Assembly (NCBI GenBank): GCA_034180415.1
Contig: JAXFOK010000018.1
Location: 12,539-76,538 of the forward strand
Source: Bdellovibrionota bacterium
GTDB taxonomy: Bacteria; Bdellovibrionota_C; UBA2361; CAKMMH01
Length of the DNA: 64,000 nt
Reading direction: 5' to 3'
Shown here: piece after piece, positions 31,687 through 40,924 of the stretch
Layout of the letters: each line of letters starts with the position of its first letter
Position numbering within the stretch: the stretch's first letter is position 1
Translations under genes and position numbers: made by a program
The notes under the pieces: model-generated
Database searches by the model: none
What the model was told of the DNA's origin: nothing
What the model saw: only the letters and a program-made list of their open reading frames with translations

Positions 31687-33672
31687 CTAGATAGCCTTCT
31701 TTATAGCATCTTTAACTGCGTTAATATCAGCTTTACTTAATGTGATTCCATTAACTTCAACATTAACGCCCTCTTCCCATTTAGGAAGGAAGAATGTACC
31801 TTCAACATAAACTTTATCTTGTAATTTTTCTGAATCAATAAAGTTTAGAACTTGAGAAAGTAAGTTTGTTTCTTCTTTTGTTCTACCTGCAAGAGAAACT
31901 TTAACTGAAACTTTTCCCTCTTTCTTTCCTGTGTTAAAGATATCTACAGAGCTTGTGCTTGTAGGCTGAGAATGATAATAAGTGTGAAGTAAATGATGAG
32001 CTTTTTCTCCACCAATCTCGCCTAAGAACTTCTCATAACAAGCCTTAATATCAGGGTTATCTTGAGAGTTTCTTAATTCCATACTCTTATCATTATTATA
32101 AATCCCAGCACTTCTTTTTTGTCTATAATCAAAGTCTGTGTTTCTGATTTGTCCTGCACCATTTATGCAACCTCCAGGACATGCCATAACTTCAATTAAG
32201 TCATAGTTACATTTTCCAGCACGAATTTCATCGCAAACTTTCTTAGCATTTGCAAGGCCACTAACAAGAGCTAAGCGAATTGTCTTTCCTGCAACAGTAT
32301 ACTGTGCAGTCCTAATTCCCTCTTGTCCTCTAACTTCTACAAAGTCACTATTTTGAAGTTTCTCACCTGTTAATTTCTCTACTGCAAACCTAAGTGCTGC
32401 TTCTGTAACACCACCTGTTACACCAAAAATCACACCACCACCTGAGAAATCACCAAATGGCTTATCAAATTTATCAGGCGCTACTTTCTTAAAATTAATC
32501 CCCGCGCCCTCAATCATTTGAGCAAGTTCTTGAGTTGTTAAAACTACATCTGTGTCACGAATTCCATCATGAGTAAAACGCTCTAATGCTGCTTCGTGTT
32601 TCTTTGCAGTACATGGCATAATTGCAACATTAAAGATATCTTTCTTCTCTACTCCAAGCTCTCCTGGAAGCGCATCCTTAATTACGCCACCAAACATTTG
32701 CATAGGGGAACGACAAGATGATAAATTATCCTTTAAATCAGGATAGAAAAGCTCAACATAACGAACCCACGCTGGGCAACATGATGTAAATTGAGGAAGT
32801 TTCTCTCCCTTAATTACACGATTAACAAACTCTGTTGCTTCTTCTACTATTGTTAAATCTGCACTAAATGATGTGTCAAACACTAAATCAAACCCTAGCA
32901 TTCTTAAACAAGCAGCAATCTTATTTGTTAAAACCTCCCCAGGTTCCTCGCCAAATGCTTCCCCTAGAGATACTCTAACAGCTGGTGCCATATGAACTAC
33001 TGTCTTTTTAGTAGGGTCATTTAATGCAGCCATTACTTTTTCAATTTCATTCTTAGGTAAGATTGCACCTGTTGGACAAACTGCAGCACAACGACCGCAA
33101 AGCACACAATCAACTTCTGATAGTGGTTTATCAAGACATGGTGTTACATACGCATTTGATCCTCTTTTTGCAAAATCTAAAACGCCAATTCCTTGCACTT
33201 CATTACAAGCTCTAACGCAGTTTCCGCAAAGTACACATTTACTTGGGTCTCTTGTCAAAGAATCAGATGAATTATCAATAGGTCTTGGTTTTCTTGTTGG
33301 TTTAAATCTTACATTTTCAACACCTATTACTCTAGTTAATTTTTGAAGCTCGCAAGTGTTATTCTTATCGCATGTTGGACAAGACTTATTGTGGTCTGCA
33401 AGTATTAACTCTAAAGCAACCTTTCTTAGCTTTCTAATTTCATCTGTGTTTGTTAAAACTTTCATACCATCTTGTGGCTTTGTTGTACAACTTGTAACAA
33501 TACGTCCGTCAATATCAACAAGACATAAACGACACGCTCCATATACGCTTAAATCTGCATGATTACAAAATGTAGGAATATCAATTCCTGCTTTTTTTGC
33601 AAGCTCTAATATACTACGCTCACCATTAATAGGAATCTGTTTGCCATTTATTGTAATTATTCCATCACTCAT
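31687..33672 (-). CDS. hydA: [FeFe]-hydrogenase catalytic (H-cluster) subunit
   Basis: 661 aa; N-terminal 2Fe-2S and 4Fe-4S ferredoxin domains; H-cluster motifs TSCCPAW, MPCTAKKHEA and EVMACPGGCINGAGQ. Confidence 0.9.
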   Translation of the reverse strand: MSDGIITINGKQIPINGERSILELAKKAGIDIPTFCNHADLSVYGACRLCLVDIDGRIVTSCTTKPQDGMKVLTNTDEIRKLRKVALELILADHNKSCPTCDKNNTCELQKLTRVIGVENVRFKPTRKPRPIDNSSDSLTRDPSKCVLCGNCVRACNEVQGIGVLDFAKRGSNAYVTPCLDKPLSEVDCVLCGRCAAVCPTGAILPKNEIEKVMAALNDPTKKTVVHMAPAVRVSLGEAFGEEPGEVLTNKIAACLRMLGFDLVFDTSFSADLTIVEEATEFVNRVIKGEKLPQFTSCCPAWVRYVELFYPDLKDNLSSCRSPMQMFGGVIKDALPGELGVEKKDIFNVAIMPCTAKKHEAALERFTHDGIRDTDVVLTTQELAQMIEGAGINFKKVAPDKFDKPFGDFSGGGVIFGVTGGVTEAALRFAVEKLTGEKLQNSDFVEVRGQEGIRTAQYTVAGKTIRLALVSGLANAKKVCDEIRAGKCNYDLIEVMACPGGCINGAGQIRNTDFDYRQKRSAGIYNNDKSMELRNSQDNPDIKACYEKFLGEIGGEKAHHLLHTYYHSQPTSTSSVDIFNTGKKEGKVSVKVSLAGRTKEETNLLSQVLNFIDSEKLQDKVYVEGTFFLPKWEEGVNVEVNGITLSKADINAVKDAIKKAI

Positions 33673-33714
33673 TTAAAAATCTCCTTGTTCTTTTTTTCTT
33701 TTTATATTTTTTTA

Positions 33715-33753
33715 TCATTATAAAGATTAAATACTTCTTATAATCTTTATAAT
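33715..33753. promoter_or_regulatory. perfect 14-bp inverted repeat CATTATAAAGATTA-N9-TAATCTTTATAATG inside the hydrogenase operon, between the NuoF-like and catalytic subunit genes
   Basis: Read directly from the 130-bp intercistronic spacer. Confidence 0.4.
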
Positions 33754-33802
33754 GATATTTTTAAGCTTACTTAAAATTTTTTACCTTTTAAGCAGATACT
33801 TT

Positions 33803-35722
33803 TTAAGCTGATACACCTGAAATTGCACCAAACTTACAAGTTCTTACACAAGAGCCACAACGAATACACTTATCTTTATCGATAGAGTGTGGCTGTTTAA
33901 TTGTGCCAGAAATTGCACCTACTGGGCACTGTTTAGCGCACGCTGTGCATCCTTTGCATTTCTCTTTGTCAATTACAGGTGTTGAAAGTTTAGGGCAACG
34001 ATTAGTTGGACAACGCTTATTAAACACGTGCTCATTTACTTCATCTCTAAAATAACGAAGTGTAGCAAGCACTGGGTTTGGAGCTGTCTTTCCTAATCCA
34101 CAAAGCGAGCTTATTCTTACAGATTTTGCAAGTTCTTCTAATGTTTCGATAGTTTCTGCTGTTGCAGTACCATCAATAATTTCATCTAAAAGATTTAGCA
34201 TCTGCTTTGTACCTTCTCTACAAGGAATACATTTTCCACAAGATTCATTTTGAATAAATTGCATAAAGAATCTCGCAACACTTACCATACAAGTATTCTT
34301 GTTCATTACAACAAGTCCACCAGATCCTACCATTGCACCAACTTTTGGAAGTGAGTCAAAGTCTAATGGCATATCTAAGTGTTCTTCTGTCAAACAACCT
34401 CCTGAAGGTCCACCAATTTGAACAGTCTTAAATCCATCTGGCCAAGGGTTACCGTTATCATCAATAACACCACCACCGATATCAAAAATAATCTTTCTTA
34501 ATGTTGTTCCCATTGGAACTTCAATAAGACCTGTGTTAACAACGTGTCCTGTTAGTGCAAAAGTCTTAGTACCTGGAGAAGTTTCTGTTCCCATTTTTCT
34601 AAATTCTTCTACACCGTTTCTTACGATAAATGGAACTGTTGCTAAAGTTTCCACATTGTTAATTGTAGTAGGAGCTTTCCAAAGTCCAGATTGTGCTGGG
34701 AATGGTGGTTTTGGGCGTGGCATACCACGATGTCCTTCAACTGATGCCATAAGTGCAGTTTCTTCACCACAAACAAACGCACCTGCTCCTTCCATTACGT
34801 GAAGATGTAATTTTAAGCCTGTACCAAAAACATTATCGCCTAAGATACCTTCTTTTTCTGCATCTTGTACAGCACGAGTAATACGTTTAACTGCAAGTGG
34901 ATATTCAGCACGAACATAAAAATACCCTTCGCTAGCCCCTATTGCACGAGCTGCAATCATCATACCTTCGATAACTGCATGAGGATTTCCTTCCATAACA
35001 CTTCTATCCATGAAAGCACCTGGGTCTCCCTCATCTGCATTACATACGATATATTTAAGGTCAGCTTGAACAACTCTTGTTAAATCCCATTTTTTACCAG
35101 TTGGGAAGCCAGCTCCTCCTCTACCTCTTAATCCAGAGTCAAGAATCATTTTACAAACTGCCTCTGGTTCCATATCTAAATAAGCTTTGGCAGCTGCAGC
35201 GTAACCACCGTGAGAAATATATTCTTCAACATTCTCTGGGTCTAAACTTCCGCATTCATTTAATGCAACACGATGTTGCTTTGAATAGAAATCTATTTCC
35301 TTTTTACCTTTACAATGCTTTCCTGTATTATGGTCAACATATAAAAGTCTTTCTATAACTTCACCATGAAGAATAGTTTTTTCAACTATTTCTTTTGCAT
35401 CTTCTGGTTTAACTTTTACATATAAAATTCCATCAGGCTCAATAGATAAAAGAGGTCCCATTTGACAGAATCCTTGGCAACCACTTTTTGACATCCATAC
35501 ACCTTTTTCATTTAACTCTTTTTCTTTTTGAAGCTCTACAACAATATCAAGTCCATTTGCTTTTAATTCTTTACAAACTTCATCATAAACTTTCATTGAG
35601 CCACCAGCCATACAACCAGTACCTGCACAAAGTATGATTCTGCGTTTTACATTTTGCTGAGCTTTAATAAAATTGTCTTTAATTTCCGCTAATTTTGCAG
35701 CATTAATACATTCATTACTCAT
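33803..35722 (-). CDS. hydB: NuoF-like flavoprotein (NADH-binding, FMN, Fe-S) subunit of the multimeric [FeFe]-hydrogenase
   Basis: 639 aa; N-terminal thioredoxin-like 2Fe-2S domain, GRGGAGFPTG FMN/NADH motif, C-terminal CGKCIPCREG and 2x[4Fe-4S] CxxCxxCxxxC. Confidence 0.9.
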   Translation of the reverse strand: MSNECINAAKLAEIKDNFIKAQQNVKRRIILCAGTGCMAGGSMKVYDEVCKELKANGLDIVVELQKEKELNEKGVWMSKSGCQGFCQMGPLLSIEPDGILYVKVKPEDAKEIVEKTILHGEVIERLLYVDHNTGKHCKGKKEIDFYSKQHRVALNECGSLDPENVEEYISHGGYAAAAKAYLDMEPEAVCKMILDSGLRGRGGAGFPTGKKWDLTRVVQADLKYIVCNADEGDPGAFMDRSVMEGNPHAVIEGMMIAARAIGASEGYFYVRAEYPLAVKRITRAVQDAEKEGILGDNVFGTGLKLHLHVMEGAGAFVCGEETALMASVEGHRGMPRPKPPFPAQSGLWKAPTTINNVETLATVPFIVRNGVEEFRKMGTETSPGTKTFALTGHVVNTGLIEVPMGTTLRKIIFDIGGGVIDDNGNPWPDGFKTVQIGGPSGGCLTEEHLDMPLDFDSLPKVGAMVGSGGLVVMNKNTCMVSVARFFMQFIQNESCGKCIPCREGTKQMLNLLDEIIDGTATAETIETLEELAKSVRISSLCGLGKTAPNPVLATLRYFRDEVNEHVFNKRCPTNRCPKLSTPVIDKEKCKGCTACAKQCPVGAISGTIKQPHSIDKDKCIRCGSCVRTCKFGAISGVSA

Positions 35723-36233
35723 TTCCTGCCTCCTTTTTAAGAATTTTATCTAGAAGTGCTTCTACTTTAGCAGGAGACATTTGACCATGAACTTCTCCAT
35801 CAATAACAACAACAGGTGCAAGTCCACATGCACCTAAGCAAGAAACTATTTCAATAGAAAATAATAAATCATCTGATGTATTCTTCCCTTCTTGCATATT
35901 TAATTTTTTTCTTATTGCATTAATAATAGGAATTGATTGCTTCACATGACATGCAGTTCCATTACAACAACGAATTAAATGTTTTCCTTTCGGTTCTAGT
36001 GTGAAATGTGAATAAAATGTTGCAACACCGTAAATACGAGAAGCAGGTATTTTTATTGAATTTGCAACAAACTCTATTATTTCCTTAGGAAGATAATGGT
36101 ATACGTCTTGTATTCTCTGTAAAATTGGGATCAATTTTTCTTCTCTATATTCGAATTCCTCTAATATTTTACAGATACTCTCAAATTGTTGAGTACGGGT
36201 TAATACTTCCCCAGTCTGAGTTCCATCAGTCAT
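35715..36233 (-). CDS. hydC: NuoE-like [2Fe-2S] thioredoxin-like ferredoxin subunit of the hydrogenase
   Basis: 172 aa; ..LIRCCNGTACH....CLGACGLAPVV.. Cys motif; 8-bp overlap with the downstream NuoF-like gene. Confidence 0.85.
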   Translation of the reverse strand: MTDGTQTGEVLTRTQQFESICKILEEFEYREEKLIPILQRIQDVYHYLPKEIIEFVANSIKIPASRIYGVATFYSHFTLEPKGKHLIRCCNGTACHVKQSIPIINAIRKKLNMQEGKNTSDDLLFSIEIVSCLGACGLAPVVVIDGEVHGQMSPAKVEALLDKILKKEAGNE

Positions 36234-36573
36234 GATTCTTTCTCCGATATATATGTTAATGTACTAAAATATTTAAATTTATTAACGAAAAACCTTAGTA
36301 AAATCTTTTAAGACTCTAGCTTTTAAAAAATAAAAAATTGAAAGGTAAAAATATCCTATTTCAAATTTTATAACTAAATTTAAAAAGAAAATTAAAAGAA
36401 ATTACCAACAATTTTAAACTCTAAGAATTTTAACAGCCCCCCCACGATCCGTCAAGATAGCTAAGGAAACGCGCCAAATTCCTTCTTATGCTTACAAGCT
36501 AGTACGTGTATTTTATTTTAAAATTCACTAACGAAATAGTGTTTGAATTATATTGAATTTTTCATTAAAATTT

Positions 36574-37779
36574 TTATTTTTTCTTTAACATATCATTTAA
36601 CACTTCACTTAAATTATTTTTGTATATTTCATTAAATTTAACGTCTATATCATATTTAGTTTTAACATCTTTTAAACTTCTAAAAAACTCTAGCAACTTT
36701 CTCTTTGGATAATTTTCTATTATATATTTTATTAAAAACCCACCACCGATTTTCTTAATAGTAACACTCGCACTGTTATCCAATAAATTCAAAATTTTTT
36801 CGTTATAATCCATACCTGTTAATCCGCCAGTTAGGTATGTAACGATTCCATGTACTACCCAAGAATCGACTAAATTATTATTTTTGAAATATTGTATTAT
36901 TAAATTTTTAGTAGCAAATGTCGTAACATATTTAAAGTAATTATCCAATTTATAGTAGCTCTTTCTTGGATTAAACAAATAAAGTGAAGATTGCATTTCA
37001 GAATAATTGTTATTTGCTGAAAGTTCCTCTAAGTATCCCTCTATTAAAACTTTATTATTACTGAAATCGTACTCAAAAAACTCTTCTAGTAATTCTTTAC
37101 ATTCATTAACTCTTTTATAAACTTCTGATTTAAAAGAATTTATTAAATTATTTTTCCCGTTTATTATTACTTCATTACTTTTCAAAAGTTCTTTTAGTAT
37201 ATCTCTCAAAGATTTACCATAAATTTTAATACAGCATTTATTAGTTTCATTTTGAGATTTTATTTTACTTAATAAATCTAAAAATTGTAGAAAATTATCT
37301 TTACTATACTGTTCAATTAAATATTTAATAAATATTCCTGCACCATCATAATAAAGTCTAATATCCGGATTCTTTTCAAAAAGCTTAAACATATTTATTG
37401 ATATATTACAATTTTCAACTTGATTAGATAAATATACTGATAATCCTTCGCAAAGCCACTTAGGTATAAAATGATTTAAATCTGTATAACAATTTAAAAA
37501 CGCATGCGCAATTTCATGTTTTAAAAGTTTAATGTATTCTTTTTCATTATATTCATTTGCTATACTTTCATAACTACAAATATAGACATTATTATTATCT
37601 GTTAGCCCTACAGCAAAATTACTTAATCCATTATTCAATCTATAAAATGAGTTTTTATCCAATATGTGAATAAATATCATATTATCTGTTATTTTAACTC
37701 GAAAAAAATCATTATATTCATCGATAATTTTGGCTATAATGCCATCTAAATTTACATCATTAGATACGTGAAAAATCAT
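36574..37779 (-). CDS. putative zincin-like metallopeptidase with tandem duplicated MA-like domains (first HEIAH..WLCEGLSVYLS, second degenerate)
   Basis: Start moved to the ATG at 37779, which has a perfect AAGGAG RBS. HExxH followed about 20 aa later by WLxEGLxxYLS, a pattern I associate with peptidase MA-like domains. The second half repeats the fold without HExxH. Paralog at 41962..42627. Confidence 0.55.
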   Translation of the reverse strand: MIFHVSNDVNLDGIIAKIIDEYNDFFRVKITDNMIFIHILDKNSFYRLNNGLSNFAVGLTDNNNVYICSYESIANEYNEKEYIKLLKHEIAHAFLNCYTDLNHFIPKWLCEGLSVYLSNQVENCNISINMFKLFEKNPDIRLYYDGAGIFIKYLIEQYSKDNFLQFLDLLSKIKSQNETNKCCIKIYGKSLRDILKELLKSNEVIINGKNNLINSFKSEVYKRVNECKELLEEFFEYDFSNNKVLIEGYLEELSANNNYSEMQSSLYLFNPRKSYYKLDNYFKYVTTFATKNLIIQYFKNNNLVDSWVVHGIVTYLTGGLTGMDYNEKILNLLDNSASVTIKKIGGGFLIKYIIENYPKRKLLEFFRSLKDVKTKYDIDVKFNEIYKNNLSEVLNDMLKKK

Positions 37780-37929
37780 CTTTATTATATCTCCTTGTAT
37801 AGAAAAAGGCACACATAAGAATAAAATTCTTACATATGCCCTATTAGGATAACATACTCCTACTGCTTCCATCATAAAGGAAAGAAAGCAAAACCTTAAT
37901 GGATTACAACTTAGTTTTAGCTATCCTTA

Positions 37930-38154
37930 TTAATCCATGCAAGTGTCGCAAGGCGGCTTATGACAAATGTAACAACATTCTTCACAAAGACCGTGACAAA
38001 CGCAATTACTCGTCTGAGAGTGATTGTTAGCGGAAAATTCGACATCACAACCATCATCGACGCATTGGTTGGAACTCTCAAAAGATAAATTTTTGCTACA
38101 AGCATTAAAGTCATCATCAAAGATGTCCAACACATGAGGATCGAGCGCAATCAT
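37930..38154 (-). CDS. Cys-rich acidic small peptide (74 aa; 11 Cys, C-terminal ..CVCHGLCEECCYICHKPPCDTCMD); candidate RiPP precursor
   Basis: Lies 5 bp downstream of a PqqD-like gene. This frame is conserved in the paralogous remnant at 42901..43019 (MIALDPHVLDIFDDDF.. vs MIVLNSCVIDVFDGSF..). The overlapping 77-aa ORF 37917..38150 was rejected. Confidence 0.5.
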   Translation of the reverse strand: MIALDPHVLDIFDDDFNACSKNLSFESSNQCVDDGCDVEFSANNHSQTSNCVCHGLCEECCYICHKPPCDTCMD

Positions 38155-38158
38155 AGCA

Positions 38159-38540
38159 CTATTCCTTATTAGTAGAGGTTAATGAAACAACATTACTATT
38201 AAGAAGTCTTAAAAAGAACTTCTTATATTGGGTAACAGTTAAGTCGTTAGTAGATACTAACTTTTTTTCAATGCAACTTTCAACTAATTTGTATCCGTCA
38301 ACATCTAAAAAAAGCCAACCACCATTTTCGCTTGGCATTACCGCTCGAAATCTTCCTTTCAAGTTATTACCTTTTGAAAATCAAGAAAACAATCATTAGG
38401 AATTTCTTCTTTTTGAATTTTTATCTTCACATTTTCCTTAAACAACTCGAAAGCCAAATCTTTTGATAAGACATCACACAGAGGATCAAGACCATCAATT
38501 AATCCTGTATTATCCTCTCCCCGATATCGACACCCTCCCC
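38159..38540 (-). pseudogene. PqqD-like RiPP recognition element (RRE) protein, frameshifted relative to the paralog at 43006..43404
   Basis: Two frames give ..GLIDGLDPLCDVLSKDLAFELFKENVKIKIQKEEIPNDCFLDFQKVIT* and (TTG)KGRFRAVMPSENGGWLFLDVDGYKLVESC..FFLRLLNSNVVSL. These align colinearly with the intact paralog, and no ATG precedes the N-terminal part. A shorter product from the internal ATG (MPSENGG..) remains possible. Confidence 0.5.
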
Positions 38541-38546
38541 TACAAT

Positions 38547-39050
38547 TTACAAAGAGCTTGCAGTATTAAAAATATCATGTACATTAAGCTTCGTCGTTAC
38601 CATATTGCATGTAACATCAAAACCATTATTTAATGCACATTTAATCCCGTCAACTGCCTTTTTGAAACCACCTTTCACACCGCTTACCAATTCGTACACT
38701 TCCTCGCATGAACCCATAAACGATGTTAAGATTCTCCTTAAGCCAAGTTCTTTAAGTTCTCTTGCAATATGATCATTAATATATGTCAAATTTGAATTCA
38801 TCGACATATTAATATGATTTTCTTTTGCAAGAATCAAAAGGTGCTTCACAATTTTGTAATTAAGAAGCGGCTCACCACCAGTAATCACGATACTTTTAAT
38901 TTTATGCTTTTTGATTTCACTAAAAAGCTTATTAGCAGTATATAAAGTCATATGACTTGAGTGAACATTATCTGAATAATCCTTATCAAGCCAATCTCCA
39001 CGCCAAAAATTGTAACAATGTTTGCATTTAATATTACAAACACCGATAGC
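38547..39050 (-). pseudogene. radical SAM enzyme remnant (N-terminal core only; SPASM/C-terminal half missing)
   Basis: The track ORF MTLYTANKLF..ITGGEPLL.. is in frame with an upstream CNIKCKHCYNFW (CxxxCxxC). A TAA lies immediately 5' of the motif (..SVQL*AIGVCNIKC..) with no start codon. The protein ends after about 160 aa of rSAM core and overlaps the PqqD-like gene. Confidence 0.65.
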
Positions 39051-39422
39051 TTACAATTGAACACTAAGGGGTACAGTTAATGATTTATATATCTTATTAA
39101 CCCTTTCATTAATTAAAGGTAAGGATAAGAAAACATCTACTCATATTTTTTGTAACCATTTATAAGCGAGAAATATTTCTACGCATAAAAAGGGGCTGAA
39201 TGAAAAAACTAAATTTTATATTTCTTTAAAATCACACACTCTCTAATATATGTACCGAAAATTAATTAAAAAAAATGTTTTTATTTTGGTAAAAAATTTT
39301 AAATTTATTTTTATAAATATTTTCTCTTGGAGTTTATAGCATCTTAATTCAAAATCCTCTACAGAAACAACTTGTAAAAAATTCAAGTGACATTTTGGAT
39401 AAAATCTAACTAAAGATTTACG

Positions 39423-40139
39423 TCAATCAATGTTATTTACCACATCATATATTGCGTACTCTTTATTATAAATTTTAGCCCATTCCCTATCTCCAAAGCT
39501 AAAGTGCCACCACTCTCCATTAAATGGAGCAAATTCATGACGAATCATAAGCTTTCTTAGCATCAATCTATTTTCAAATTGTTCTTTCGTAATATAGGAA
39601 TTTTTTACAGGTAAATATTCTTCTTTATCAAAATCACCAATTTCACATCCCATATCTAATAATGTATCACCAATTTTTATAGATAAATCGATAGCCCCGC
39701 CTGTTGTATGCCCCGCAACTTTTGGATAAGCAATCATTAAATGAGTTTTTTCAATTTGTTCATCTTGAGATAATAAAGGAAACTTTGCTTTTATATCGTT
39801 AAAAACTTTTTTAAAATTTTCTTCCTGTATTTTTGGATGTCTATACACATTTGAAACCACTAATGAAGCATCTTTATTTATATTTAGTAGTTCTTTGCTT
39901 ATTTCATCTAATTTTTCTGCAATTTCTTTTCTTCCATAGAAAAAAAGATTTCTTATTTCATTATTGTTATCACTAATTGAAAGATACTTTGGAATTCTAA
40001 ATTCAATATTAGGGTTTACCATATCTGGTAAATAGACTAACTCTTTAGAGCTTTCATTAACATTAATAATTACTAAATCAGAAACTAAACTAAAAGTTTC
40101 GAAATCATTTAGTACATAATCATATAATTTATTATCCAT
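39423..40139 (-). CDS. VanX/DdpX-like D-alanyl-D-alanine dipeptidase (peptidase M15D)
   Basis: 238 aa; motifs YRHPKIQ, AGHTTGGAIDLSI (SxHxxGxAxDL) and EWWHF characteristic of VanX-type zinc D,D-dipeptidases. Confidence 0.8.
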   Translation of the reverse strand: MDNKLYDYVLNDFETFSLVSDLVIINVNESSKELVYLPDMVNPNIEFRIPKYLSISDNNNEIRNLFFYGRKEIAEKLDEISKELLNINKDASLVVSNVYRHPKIQEENFKKVFNDIKAKFPLLSQDEQIEKTHLMIAYPKVAGHTTGGAIDLSIKIGDTLLDMGCEIGDFDKEEYLPVKNSYITKEQFENRLMLRKLMIRHEFAPFNGEWWHFSFGDREWAKIYNKEYAIYDVVNNID

Positions 40140-40255
40140 AGTCTCTATAAATTAAATAAAAAAATGCAAGCCACTAGGATAGTATAATTTAATGGTTTTC
40201 ATATGTCACGATTTCTACCAATAAAGCAGAAGATACAACATTTAGAGAAGATCTC

Positions 40256-40849
40256 TTAGTGAAGAGACCTCCGAACCATGAAAATCCGCCTATCTCTTAC
40301 GGGAGCATCGCCAAGTCTTCGCTGACTGACGTATTCTTTCGTCCCGTCAAGGAGCGAGAATCCAGATTTGAGGAACAGGTTCTTCGATGCGACATTTTTT
40401 TCTGTCGTACGAACAATCATGTTCGTATCAGGATACTCTTCCTTAAGCTTGTTAACAAGACAAGCAGCGAACCCATTACCACGCCACTCGGGAGCAGTAA
40501 GGATTTCTGCGACATAAAGATAATTTTGAGGCTCATCAATATTATCTTTAATCGCCTTTAAAACCTTCTCTTCATGTTCCAGGTTGTATGCCACCAAATA
40601 GCTATAAACTTGCCCGGTGGACACATCAACAAGAGCAAAGATCGAAGAATTAGGGGTGGACCACTTTTCCTTTGCAAGTTTCATGACATCGTCATGAGTA
40701 AACTTTTCTTGGTAAGGTGGCGCACCAAAACAAAGAACATACAGGGAGGTATACTGCGATGACGAATCACCGAAAATGGCCTCAGAAATCTTGACGATTT
40801 TCACGGCCTCCCAATCCAAGCACGACATCTTTTGGGTTTGTCGTTTCAT
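40256..40849 (-). CDS. GNAT-family N-acetyltransferase (GC-elevated)
   Basis: 197 aa; acetyl-CoA-binding motif ..VAEILTAPEWRGNGFAACLV.. and ..EKNVASKNLFLKSGF..; coding GC clearly above the background. Confidence 0.75.
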   Translation of the reverse strand: MKRQTQKMSCLDWEAVKIVKISEAIFGDSSSQYTSLYVLCFGAPPYQEKFTHDDVMKLAKEKWSTPNSSIFALVDVSTGQVYSYLVAYNLEHEEKVLKAIKDNIDEPQNYLYVAEILTAPEWRGNGFAACLVNKLKEEYPDTNMIVRTTEKNVASKNLFLKSGFSLLDGTKEYVSQRRLGDAPVRDRRIFMVRRSLH

Positions 40850-40924
40850 GATAAAACCTCATATGTTTTATAATGGGAGTTAACGACTAGAAAATCAAAA
40901 GAACACTTTTCCCTTTAAAACTTT

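Noticed and set aside
37917-38150. Alternative 77-aa hydrophobic ORF overlapping the Cys-rich peptide gene
   Set aside because: The Cys-rich frame, not this one, is the frame conserved in the paralogous remnant at 42901..43019. The hydrophobic frame looks like a by-product of AT-rich codons.
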